64,000 bases of DNA from Adineta vaga (GCA_021613535.1 CP075495.1:10726001-10790000); one strand, 5' to 3'. Shown: positions 12,832-25,570, counted from the stretch's first letter. The notes: generated from the sequence alone by a model not told the origin. A program made the numbers and translations.

Positions 12832-13558
12832 GTTTCTTTATTGCTCTTGAGAGTAAAATTGACGTTTAGTTTTATCTTCATGTATAGAAAGCTGAATAAT
12901 AAGAATAAATATCAATTTTTAGCCTTACCAAATGAGTCGATTCAAGATTATATTTGACAGCAGAAAAATAATGTTGTTACTATCTTTTTGGTTGATACGT
13001 TCTTTTCATAATAGCAATAATTTCTTTTATAGTATATTTTGTGGTGAGAAATAATGATTCACGTAATAAAAATATTTCACAATTTACATCGTTTTCTATT
13101 CGTTGAAACACGTGCTTTGTCTGACTTGTGCAATAACTTCTCGTGTCTCTTGCCAAATTTATTAATTTCTTTCGCAAGTACTACAGAACAAAAGAAAAAT
13201 AGTCGACATCAAGGAAAAGAACCGTCTAGTCAGTAGGGATACACATAGACATGTATTTGCATCAAATGTGGGATAGAAATAATTGAATTCACTGATAATT
13301 TCACTCTTATGTATACTAATTCGGATATTTCTCTTCTCTATATTGATATTGAACCGTATTAGAAACAGCAGAATTGATTTTCTACACAAACCTGAAAGTA
13401 AAAGTTGTAAACAATGCTTTTCAATTCTAAAAGCTATGTCAATTACAAATATCAAATTTATTTACTTCTTAGAGAATGTATATTTTATGGAAAAAAAAAT
13501 CAAAGTAAACAAAATTATGATTTCGATGAGCAGTAATTGATCAACTGAAATAGTTCAT

Positions 13559-15183
13559 TTATTCCATTCGATCAAATTGAATAATAACACCGACATTTTT
13601 TGGTTTCACAGTAAGTCCATTGATAAATCCACCGTTATTAACTTTCGTTCCACCATCAATGAATGTCACATATTGCATCATTCTCGCTGCAATTACTTTC
13701 AATTCAAAACGAGCTAAATCTTGTCCAATACATTGACGATGTCCATAACCGAAAGGAAACATTGCAAGAGGATGATGATTTTTATCTTCTTTTAAAAATC
13801 GATCTGGATAGAATAATTCTGGATCAATTGACCAATGTTCAGGATCTCTAGCAAGAAGACCACCGGGAAGAAGAATTTCTTGTCCTTTATATAATTGAAA
13901 ACCACTGTCAGGTAAACGATCATCAACTGTTAATGTCCGTGCTGTTCCTTCAACAGGTGGATAATAACGGAGTACTTCATTGATTGTACAATCCAAGTAA
14001 GTGAGCGAATCAAGACGATCTAATGATAAATCATTTCTATCATTTCCATCTCTTAATTCGGCTTTAAGTTTTTGTTGTATTTGAGGATTTTTACTCATGG
14101 CATAAATAAACCAAGCAAGTGCGGTTGAAGTTGTTTCAAAACCAGCGATCAGAAAAGCAATCATTTCATCGAATATTTCAGCACGAGAAAGACCTATCAA
14201 ACAGATAAAACTAAATAGTAGAAATTGTTTCAAGAAATTTTTTACCCTTTTTATCCTCTTCACGTTTCATTGCTTCTGCTTTTTCATCTTGTTGTAATGC
14301 ACCAACAAGTGATGCAATTAAACTAGTTCGTTTTCTTTGCATTCGAGAATCATCGGTTTCTCCTAACTCTTGTTCAATCATTCGATAAATATATTTTTGT
14401 ACGATAGTTCGAGCTCGTCGATAACGAGGATTTAATGTTAAATAGATTCTAGAAAACAATCTTGGTGTATAGAATACTACATTCACAACACTTAATATAT
14501 CGTCTAATGCTTGATTCAAATCATTTTTTTCTTTATGCTGATTATCATCCTGATTCAAAATTCCCAGATCAAAATCGAAGGCAATTAATCCGAAAATTTG
14601 TAATAGAAGATTTTGAGATTGTTGAACAATATCTGTATGAAGATGATTTTTAGATTGTACACGCCATTGATCAAGTAATTTATCAACACAATCGACAACT
14701 AGATCAAAATTAGAAGTAATTTTTCCACGACGAAATAATGGCAAAGTTACTGCACCATGCCGTTTGAATGTTGGGCCTAGAAAAAAATATATTTAGTTTT
14801 AACACTTTTTTTGTCACTCAAGAACTATTATTACCGATAATAGCAATCAGAGAGGCAGGTACAATAACACTCAGTTGTTCTGTAAATAAAGTACCCTGTT
14901 CATAGATATTTCTATTTGCAAATATATGTTGAATATCGCCAAGTTTAGTCACTACAATAAATCGCATATGACCAAACCAAACTTGAAAAGTATGTCCAAA
15001 ACGTTTTTTTAATGTCGCATACATTTCATGGTAAGCACTACCATTTAAAAATCCAAGTTGATTTAAATTTCCCAAAAGAAATTGCGGTGGTATACCAGGA
15101 ATAGGACCATATAGAGTAAAATATTTTAGTTTTAAATATATCAGAAATAAAACAATAATAATCAGACTTAAAATAAATAGCAT
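13559..15183 (-). CDS. Cytochrome P450 (3 exons)
   Basis: N-terminal anchor and PGIPP, I-helix AGFETT, EVLR (ExxR), PDRF, heme motif FGYGHRQCIG. Confidence 0.95.
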
Positions 15184-15615
15184 TCTATTATGTGAAATAT
15201 ATATATCTCAACGTTGTATATAATGCGATAAGATGACCTTCCATTCTTGCGTTGTCACATTTACGTCGATTCCGCTATATAAAAATAAATAGTAAAGAAC
15301 GAAAAATGACTCATTTTATTTGAAAATGTATTAACGAATAATATTAATTCCTGTCAGACATTTTAATTCTAAAGATGTTTTTTAGTTTTTAATAGTATTA
15401 GACCAATAATATTTTCAAATCAGGGCAAGATACTACGTGGTGCGGGATGAGATTATCGTATCCCACGTGAACTCCTGTTTAAAATCTTTTTTGTTTCAGT
15501 AAATGCAAGAATGACTAGAAGTATAAACTATGATAAATAATTTAGTATATTGACAATGTATCAAGCGATATTACAGCGTTTTTATGAGTTGTATAGAAAA
15601 CTTCTAGAAATAAAA

Positions 15616-16739
15616 TTAAGCGAGATATGCAGAATAAAGTTCTCTTGAACGACCCATAGCTGCATTAGCAATAATTCCAGCATTAAAGTGTAGAAATGTA
15701 TCAACAGGTGCAGCCATGGAATAATCAGCAACAATTCGATCGCGTGTCGAACCAGCTGATCGTAAACACAGATAAATTGGACCAAAGATAAGAAATAAAC
15801 ATGAAATAACACAGAGCACACGAACTACTGTTGAATTCGAAAAACGACTCATTTTTGATGAAGAACGAGCTGCTATACGATTGTTGTTCACAGTAAATGT
15901 CTAGATAAATGCCGAAAAAAGATGTTTTTCTTTGGGATTATATATTAAATTCGTATTAACTTACAACATTGATATGATTTCGATAGCCAGTCGAATAAAT
16001 CAGAACTTTAATTCTATCTTGTAATTCATGAAAATTCCATCCAACTAATTGTTTTTGACAAATAATTTCTTTGATATTTTTCTCTGAACGTGTATATTGT
16101 TCAACAGCATCTCGTAATGATATCATTTCTCCTGATTGCATGGTTTTCTTCGATGGAATAACAGCAACACGCCACCATTGCTGAGTTACATATGCTGATA
16201 AATCAAGAGTAAAATTAAAATCAGTCACTTGACGAGTATGATGAACAGGACGTGTATGATAGCTTCCATCAGCTGAACGTTGTTGTTCATAAGTAGTATA
16301 ATGCTATACAAATATGTATAAAATGAATAGAATTGATTCAGATAGATTCACACTATACCTCAATACGATAACCATGAATATTAACACCTAAAGCTGGTTT
16401 TTCATTCAGATAAGTCATAAAATACAGCCATAATTGATCAGGATTTCTATCAATTATTGGATCAAATGAAAGGACACCTTCTTGTTTTCTTTCAACTACA
16501 GCTTTTGATGCTTCTGTATACGGTGTTACTTCATTATAATGTAAGACAGCATTATTAGGTACAATGGATATATCAAAATAATTTGGTGGTAATTCACCTA
16601 TATCAGGTGCTGAAGGAGCTGGGAAGTTTTTTTCATCATTCGGTGCTGACATATTCTCATCTGATGTCCAAGCTTGAGTAGAGGCTGATGGTAATTTATC
16701 ACCGACAAAACCAGATGGTGCAACGGTATTTTGTGCCAT
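15616..16739 (-). CDS. Uncharacterised protein with C-terminal hydrophobic hairpin, resembling a fungal hypothetical family (3 exons)
   Basis: Exons ~16739-16359, ~16304-15964 and ~15900-15616 splice in frame. Contains PPNY, SFDPIIDRNPDQL, VTDFNFTLDLS, LVGWNF, LIYSTGYR and a TM segment VLCVISCLFLIFGPIYL. Confidence 0.75.
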
Positions 16740-18177
16740 TCTGATTATGAATTTTTTTTGTTATATTTGTTGCTATCCAAATCGAGTATCAGTTTATATA
16801 AAAATGTTTAAATCAACTGATAAGATAACTTATTTACGTACGAGACGCTGACGTTTACTTGACTCATGTGTATTGTTGTTTCATCACAATGCTGCAAGTT
16901 AGTTTGTGACGTAGTTACTAGAAAGTATTATCAATAATAATTTTGATAGAGCAAAAGTCTTTTCTTACATACCTTACATACATAGCTTCCTCAAAAATCA
17001 TATTGGTTTTTTTAATATCAGCTTTATTAAAGCGCGTTCGATATTCTTATAAATTGTATTCATTCGAACGTTTCGTTCATTTATTGATGATATCGGAAGA
17101 CAGATAAAAAGAATCAAAGTTATAAAAATTGTAAAACTCTGATTACGAGGTCAGTTGAAAACTGAATTTCTGTTATCTAATGATCTAGTTTTGTAACATG
17201 TGTAATAGAGATATAATGATGATGAAATAAATAATGAATAACAAATTTTCTTTGTCTATGGATTTTTTTTATCACAATTGAAAAATATCGATGCAATATT
17301 TTTGTCAAATATAAGGATATAGTGCACATTCATTATTTAATCTTATAACAACATTGATAAGAATATCTACGGAAATATCTTGAACTTCTAAAAACAACAA
17401 CATAAATTCTCTCGTTAATGTCTTATTTTTCTCTTCTGAGATCGCTTCTTGTAAGAAAAAAAGTACTAATAGCCCTATCCGCAAACTTATTTTATCAAGC
17501 TTTGAATCAACTGAAATAGAGACGATTTATTACTTCTATCATAGTTATCTTGCTTGGACTATTATTCATTCTTTGGAGTATTGTCAATTCTCAAATCGAT
17601 TTCTACGAATAAGCTGATCAAGTATGTCAAAATAAATAGATCGATAAGCAATTAATCGAATAAATTCTTAGTTAAGATCTTGTTTACGACATTTTCTCAC
17701 AAAAACATATACATCTTGATTACGAAATGAGATGAATCGAGCCATTCGTATATACAATTCTTTTCCATATGATAAAATTTCAAAAAAGATGGTAATTACT
17801 TTTTTTTTGAAAAGGAAATTAATGTTAAATAGGGAACTATTCGTTGACATAAAAGTCATTACAATCGCATAGATAGTTTCAATTTCCCTAGTCTTTTGTC
17901 TTTCATGTTTTTAGACAAAAGAATTCGAATATTTTTTTTCCTTTAGTTTTACATTTCTTTCTAATCAATGCTATGATTCCGATTTATATCTCGAATCTGA
18001 TGCTCTTTTTTTCTTCAATTAACAGAAGACATTGAAAATCGATTCATTTTAATCATTATTAATATTATTATTTTTGACATGAAATAAAAATCCGTTCGAT
18101 ATACGTATTTTCATATGCACTGACAGTCACAAGACAAGAAGAAAAATAAAATTTAGATGAAGAAAAAGAGAAGAAAA

Positions 18178-18203
18178 AGTAGTAGTAGTAGTAGTAGTAG
18201 TAG
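18178..18203. repeat. (AGT)n microsatellite
   Basis: Seen directly, downstream of the NCS-2 stop codon. Confidence 0.9.
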
Positions 18204-18400
18204 GAATAGATAGATAGATAATTTTTTATATAAAGAAATGTAAATGACAAAAGAAAAAGCAAACGTATGCGCATTCTTTTCATATACGGATATATGATTA
18301 GCAATGACTTTAAGCAAAGTTTCATTGTATTTGATAATTAATTGGACTAGTAAGAGGAAAAAATTAACTATTCACATAGGAGAGAGAGAGAGAGAGATCA

Positions 18401-21400
18401 TTATCGTTCAGGATCGCTTGTATCGGCTGTTAACATTTGATATAAGACTCGATCAGCCATACAACCTCGAATGAATTCTTCTTCGGTAATAACTCTATTG
18501 ACATGAAGAAAAAAAAGAAAAGTAATTCATTCAATATTAAATATTTAAAAAGAAGAAAAAGAATTCTTACCCGTTTTTATCTTCATCCTAGAAACAGAAA
18601 AACATGAAGATTAATACAAATCAATCATGATTCAATCTTACCATGACAGCAAATATTTGTGCTGTTCGATTTTCCGGTGTATCATTCAAATCACGATTTT
18701 CAACGGCACCATTCGTTGCATTTTGCGTAGAAGCAGCACCGAGCAAATCATAGATAGACTGAATAGAATGATTTTCTTTGTATTATTAATATTCAATAAT
18801 TTATTCTTACTTCAATTATTTTTAGCATTTCCTGTCGATCAATACTTCCATTTGAATCGATATCATACATTTTGAAAGCCCATTTTAATTTCTTTTCAGG
18901 GTTGCCTTTAGCTAACAAGAAGAAAATATGATTTGTTCCTTGTAGATATTTGAATAATAGTGTTCATACCTGTGATATTAATTGCCATGAGAAATTCTCT
19001 ATAAAAAATAAATATGTAAAAAAAAGAAGAAACGAGAACATCAATGTCATCGAACAATTCACATCATCAATATCCTAAGGCATTAGTCAAAGAATAAGAA
19101 GAACAAATTCCGGACATAAGATGAATAATTGATTAGAATGACAACATTTGCTTATGTCACTGACGATTGGTAGATTTTACAAAACTTATATTAATGAACT
19201 ACATAGAACGGAAATTGTCAACAATGTGTATTCAAAGATGATCGAGTTGTTAATTAGGTATTCGAATATTTACAACAAGAAAGAAAGTCTGTCTGTCTTA
19301 CTTGAAATCAATTTTGCCAGAATTATCTGCATCAAATGTACGAAAAATATGGGTACAAAATGCTTCAGCTTGTCCATTTGGAAAGAATTGTCGATAGACT
19401 TGAATGAATTTTTTCTTTGTTAATTCACCATTGGGACAATCAAGCTAAAGTAAAATGAACAGAGATTCAAATATGTATGATTTTCTCTTGCAACAATGAT
19501 CAAGTTCAAAAGATGATTTTTCAGTCATAATTAGATTTATCCGGAGAGACAAACGGCATCATGATGAGGAAATATTCATTCTTTAAGATGTATCAAACTA
19601 CTTGTTGACATATGATTATCTATTAATCTATTTATTGCCACTAATAAATGATAGGAAAATTAGATCGATTCATCTCAGTTTTCTATGATCATTCTGGTTT
19701 CTAAATATAGTCACGATGATTTTTGTTTTCTTATCTTTTAGAAGCAATAGAATTAACGATTAAAAATTCTCCATAGAATATATCGGATGTAATCTATTAA
19801 AATAACTTCGATGTATCATGAGATATATTCTTTTTTCTAAAAGCAAAAAGAAATCCTTGAATGAAAAGTTCTTTTGTAGTATTTGCTCGATTAATAACTT
19901 CGTCTTACATACAATGAAAAACTCGTTTTCGAATTATTAATATACAAAACAGATGACATGATTTTTTTTTGTTCTGTTATTCATTATTGAGATTTGTATG
20001 TCAAGTAGATTTTTGCTGAGAAGAATGTTATATTAAATTCTCATTATATAATCGGTGTGCGTTGAAAAGAAAATGAAATTATACAGGAAAACAATCAGAA
20101 ATTTTAATATAAAAAATTGTCTAACTAAGTTCCGTCTATTGACGGCATACTTGTTTTCCGTTCTAATTTCTAAATGACGATCATTAAATTCTTTTGCAAG
20201 ACTATTTCTATTTCTATTGTAGTGAGAAAACGTAAGAAAGAAAGAAAGAACTATAACTTAAATGATAATGATGATTTATGTCTTTATATCATTTTCTAAT
20301 TCGAAATTTAATCAATTATCGAGAAATCTCTATAGTCGAATAAGTTTTCTCTCTCTCTCTCTCTCTTTTTTTGAAATATATTCAAAATGGTTTATTGTTT
20401 ATAATTATTCAGTCATTCTGGTTATCTCTGGAGGGATTCGAATAGAGTTTGTACGTCATAGAATAAGTACAGATAACATTAGCAAATCGATCGTTAACAT
20501 TTTCTTTTGTATCTCTTGTGTTAATAAAGAAATCCAATCATTTACTTTCTATTATTATTTTTTTTTCATTTTATGAAAGATTTCTTGTTCATAGAACCAG
20601 TGCACTAGCCAAATGAAAATATAATTATATATTGAAATATATTTCTCGTTCTTTCTTTGTCTATCTATCTATCTATCTATCTATTTCGATAATTCTTCTT
20701 TTCCGTAGCTATGTTTTGACTTGTGTTCATGAGTTAATTTTTTAGACTATCGTCAAAACGACGTGATCTACGAACGACATATCCTGGAGCAGAAAGCCTA
20801 GGAGAAAAAAAATCATCTATTCAAAACGTTTTGTTATATTGAATTGCGAGTTGTCATGGGAAATCGTAGGATAAAAAAAGAAAGAAAGAAGGAAAGAGAG
20901 AGAAAGAGTGAATAATTCGTATTTATTTTCACTTTTATCATGTCTTGTCTATCTCATATACATATTATACAATTGCCTTCTTTATCTTTATCAATATATA
21001 TACATATATTTAATAGTAAAGAATCATTCAAATGAGCAAAACGCTTATGCAAATCATTGAGAAAGAAAATAGATAAATAATGAGGACGACAAACATGAAG
21101 TGTGTACTTGTGCAATTGACTTCTTGACTTGATCCTATTTTCTTTGACAACACACACACACACATCTATCGTCAGAATACATTACTAGTGGCTATCCAAC
21201 GAGAAATTAATTCTGGGTATATTCATCTTTAGATCTAGTCAACTGACAAACTCTTAGGGGAAGAAGAAGACGAAGAGCTTTTGTGGTTCGCCTCGCGTGT
21301 TCTATCATCAGAGAAATGAGGCGCAATGAGGGTAAGAAAGCATGAGTAGGGAGATGTGAATCCTAAATGATTTGAACATTAGCTAGTTACTAGCATAGGC

Positions 21401-21652
21401 TCTAACAGGAAAAGCAATTTCACAGTGCCGATGAACCATATGATTGTTTGATGTATACGAAAAGCAAAAAAGAAGCTATGTTTTGATCATGTTTTTGCTT
21501 TTTCTCTTTTTTTCGTACATTTGATATTGATTAATACTTACAATGAAACCTTCATACCATTCAATAATTTGATCTTTGGTAAATTCAGTATTTTCTTCGA
21601 GAAATTCTAAATCCGATTTGGATAATTTTTTTTTAGATGAAACACAACCCAT
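18401..21652 (-). CDS. Neuronal calcium sensor (NCS-2 type, recoverin family), 7 exons
   Basis: [30 protein letters not shown] | [24 protein letters not shown] | [22 protein letters not shown] | [17 protein letters not shown]; stop at 18401-18403. Confidence 0.93.
20660..20684. repeat. (CTAT)n microsatellite
   Basis: Seen directly, in NCS-2 intron 1. Confidence 0.9.
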
Positions 21653-22374
21653 AATCTTCTTTGTTATTATTCTTGTCAGAATGATAATAAATCATAAGCA
21701 TTGCTCAATTAATACGAATTGTTCGATGAAGATGTTCAATAGAAAAATCAAATACGAATAGTGTTTTGTTTTCCTAGAGACATTTCAAGTTGTTCCATTG
21801 TGAGAAAGCAGGACTAAGTTGTTGATTCTGACTTTTCTCTCTCTCTCTCACTCTCTCTTCCTCACTTTCTCTCGATTTTTTTTGTAAGCTGTCTCTGTGT
21901 GTGTGGATGATGATTTTCTCTCGTGCGCTGTTTTCTTCATGACGCTTTTCTTTTTCAGAACTAGCGAAAAAGAAAGAAAGAAGAAGGAGAAGAAAAGAGA
22001 AAATGCATGTAGATAAAACAATATGATGGAGTATGAGAGATAGAAAGACAAAGCGAGTTACTCTTCCATCTTCATCATTACAACCATCACCGAAATTTCT
22101 AATTCAATTGACAAATACATATATTACTCGTCTTTGTCATCATTCTTCATATGATTAATTGAAGTTGCATTACTTTTCTCGATGGAATATAGAAATACGA
22201 GAGACGAAAATTTGCTCTTTTCGAACTTCATATCAAGTTGAAGTTTATTTCAAAAGTTTCGTTCTATCACAGAAAACAAAATCTTCTATTAAATCACAAT
22301 TATTGACATGTATTAATCATCTCTCGAATAGATCGAGATAGAGAAACAAAACAACAAAAAAAAAGAACTAAATA

Positions 22375-24690
22375 CTAAAGTTTTAATGAAGAAAAATAAT
22401 TGTCAAGATCAATTATATCCACAGATAATTCACTATAAGCTAAAATAAGTTTATTATCAAATATTGTTAATGATTGAATTGATTTCTCAATCGTTGAAGT
22501 AATTTTTGTTAAATAATTTTCATGTATAAAACAATGTATACAATTCGAATTTTGATCTAAAAGAAACCATAGTTGTTTACCGATTTTATTTCTATTTGTT
22601 GGTAATGTATGTAGTTGTAGATTGGATAAAAATGTTGTGATAAGATTTGTTGGATGAAATGCATTTGAAATTGAAAGTTTTTTTATTAAATTATAATTAT
22701 GTAATTCATCACAGAAATATAAATGATAACCATGATTGTCTTGTATTAAAAATGTTACTAAGGATTTACTTGTAACGGTAAAACCAAGAAAATATTGAAT
22801 ATCAGGATATTTTTTTGTTAAATTTATAATCGATTCAGGATGAAAATTATCTAATGAACATTTGATTAATAGTTGATCGTATTCTTTATTTGTATAGAGA
22901 TAATAACAGAAATCATCGAAAACAGTTGATTGTATCTGATTATTGCGTTTTAATGATGTTTTATACGATAAATCATCAGTAAGTAATAATAAATCTTTAT
23001 ATAATGTATCATAAAGAAAATATTGATTATCAAAATTTTCTTTTATTATATCATAGAGAAAGAGTTTTGTTGATGTTATGATATAAAATAAATTGCTATC
23101 AGCATGACCAATTGAATAAATCTCCCCTTAAAACAAAAGAAAATCGAATGATTCAATTGAATTTTCTCAAATAAAATGAATGTGGTTTTGAAATGAAATC
23201 TTAACTGAATGGGATATAATGATAGGAAATCATTATCTACTTGTAACAGAATCAAATATAGTCTTTACTCGATGATTCCATTTAAAAGAAAGTATTGAAA
23301 GAGGAAGAATCATTTTTAGGATGAGATTTTCTTTCTCGGCCATTAGATGAGAGTGGAATTAGTGGACAAAGAAAGATTATATTTGATCATCTTTAAGCTT
23401 TATCTCATCGTCTTAACTTTTCATTCGTTTTTAATGATTGGGAAATGGCAGATTTCTATTAACTGATGTTTTTACAATTTCATAATGGATTTCTTCTAGC
23501 TGAAATAAAATCAAGAATCAATCATTTAACTCTGTTGAACGATGAATAATTTAGAAGTTAAAAGTCTGACATACTGAAGACTAACATCTGTTTTATGTAA
23601 CAATGACATAGAAAAAAACAAAGCTTGAAATCATACCTTCATCCCAATGAAATTCTTTTGTTTCATCTTTCTGTGTATCACAAACATAAAGTATATTAGA
23701 TGTATTCATATTGTAAAGGAGAATAAATCGTTTGTTAGCAGCACTAAGTAATGCACTATCACATGGAACAGTATGTATGAGGACTTCTTTTACTGGTGTA
23801 ATTGTGATATTTTGTTGTTGTTGTTGTCGTTGCCAATTTTGTGAGACTTTTGAGAATTTAAATTGATCGCCTCTATAACAATAAAGTTAGTAAACAATTG
23901 AAAATGAAATAATGGAAATAGTTACGTATTATTTGGATATGTGTCTCGAATAAGTTTCGTTAAATCGATTTCATTACTTTCAATAGGTGTTGGCAATTTT
24001 TCAATCGATTTTAATTGCATAGATTCTTGTTTTTGTTGAAAGGCTTCAATATCAGCACGTTTACTAAAACTTGTGAGATGTACAGCTGTTTTTGGTGTCG
24101 GTGTTGCTGAAAAAATCAGACGATTTTTTTCAGTATTTGCTATCACAGAATTCATTGAAAATGATGTTGATAATTGATTTGATTGTTTTGCTAAAGAGAG
24201 TTTTTGAATATTAGGTAATAGTGATGGACGATATTGAAATGATTCAGCTATTTGACGTTCATGAAGAAGGACTTCATCGAAAGCAAATTCACGATGTAAA
24301 CTGAGCAGATTCTGAAATCTTTTGAATAAACCTAAGATAAACAAAGATTAATTAGTTCAATGATATGGCGCGAAATTTCAAATTCATAAACAATCATGTT
24401 ATCTAACTAATAAGTGAGAATATTTTACATGTTTTGTTTTCTTCATAGGTTTTAAATGCTTCTTGTTCGAAATAATCCAATTGATTCGCTAATTCAATTG
24501 TATTAAATTCGGTTATTGCACGAAGTTTATCATCATCATTATTGTATAGACATGCCTGTTCACGAATGAAAGCAATCGTACGATCACATGTTTGTTGCTC
24601 ATCATCAAGTATCTGCTTATAATAATCAAATTTTGAATATATAAATTGAAGACATGCTTCAAAACTTGAACATATTATCTTTTCATCCAT
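22375..24690 (-). CDS. Uncharacterised protein: helical N-terminus plus beta-rich (propeller-like) C-terminus
   Basis: Exons with GT-AG ends from 24690 down to an uninterrupted ~750 nt terminal exon (~23127-22375; EIYSIGHADSNLFYIITS...LSVDIIDLDNYFSSLKL*) that is missing from the ORF track because it has no start codon. Confidence 0.65.
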
Positions 24691-24750
24691 TCAATTCATT
24701 ATCTGAAATTGACAAAATAAAGAAATAAAGAAAAATATATATAAAATGAA

Positions 24751-25377
24751 TTATTTTTCAGAAGTTTTTATTTCGTTCTCATCAATCGAATTTCCAATCA
24801 ATTTTACTTGTTCCTCAGTTAATTGTCGTTCATTTTGAACAATTAATCGTTCATTTTGTTCAATTATAAGTTTCGAACTGACTAATTCATTCGATACAAT
24901 TTGTGTTACAGTTTCATCTTGCGTTTGATAACATGCATCAATAGATTCGTTAACCATTCGATCGATTGTTGTTAAAAGTAAACGCAAACGTAACAATTCA
25001 GTTTTCATTTCATTTAATGTTGAACGTTGTTGAACAAAAACATTCCAGATTTCTTGTTGAATACTACCTGAACCCTCATGTTTTTTATATTCTTCTAAAA
25101 TACCAATCATTGTAGATATATGTACACAATAACGTTGAGTTAATTGCGAATAGTAATACAACGTATGTTTGAGAAAAGAAGATGAAGATGATAGAGTGAT
25201 CATTGATGATTCACGAATACATTCAAAACCAGTACAATTTAAATGTTGGTAAGGTGTTCGAGGTAAGTCGGATGGATTCTCCACAGGAATGGGTTTTAAT
25301 TCTTCAGATGAAGAACGATTGAAAAAGAATGAAGATGCAATAGCAAAATAAGACGGACGGAAACGAAATCGAAACAT
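24751..25377 (-). CDS. DIABLO: Smac/DIABLO homolog, intronless
   Basis: Arg/Phe/Ser-rich presequence-like start. IRESSMITLSSSSSFLKHT, QEIWNVFVQQRS and DACYQTQD align by eye with human Smac MRRAVSLVTDSTSTFLSQT, DEVWQVIIGARA and EAAYQTGAD. Confidence 0.72.
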   Translation of the reverse strand: MFRFRFRPSYFAIASSFFFNRSSSEELKPIPVENPSDLPRTPYQHLNCTGFECIRESSMITLSSSSSFLKHTLYYYSQLTQRYCVHISTMIGILEEYKKHEGSGSIQQEIWNVFVQQRSTLNEMKTELLRLRLLLTTIDRMVNESIDACYQTQDETVTQIVSNELVSSKLIIEQNERLIVQNERQLTEEQVKLIGNSIDENEIKTSEK

Positions 25378-25570
25378 ATCTAAAAGAAGAACTTAAAGAT
25401 TCAGATTCATTTTTGTTCTTAATAGTTACGATTTTCTTAATCATTAACTTGTAGATATAAATGATTAGTTAAACTGATTTACTTTTTTTTATTTAAAAAA
25501 ATCAAACAATACAAACTCTAAGTGACATACTTGAAAAAGTTTTATCTACAAAATTCTTTTTCACTACTGT

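Noticed and set aside
21270-21335. GC-richer hairpin (CGCCTC/GAGGCG) with CTGATGA on the minus strand in NCS-2 intron 1, suggesting a hammerhead ribozyme
   Set aside because: No stem II follows CUGAUGA and the downstream core reads GAAC rather than GAAA; the topology does not fit.
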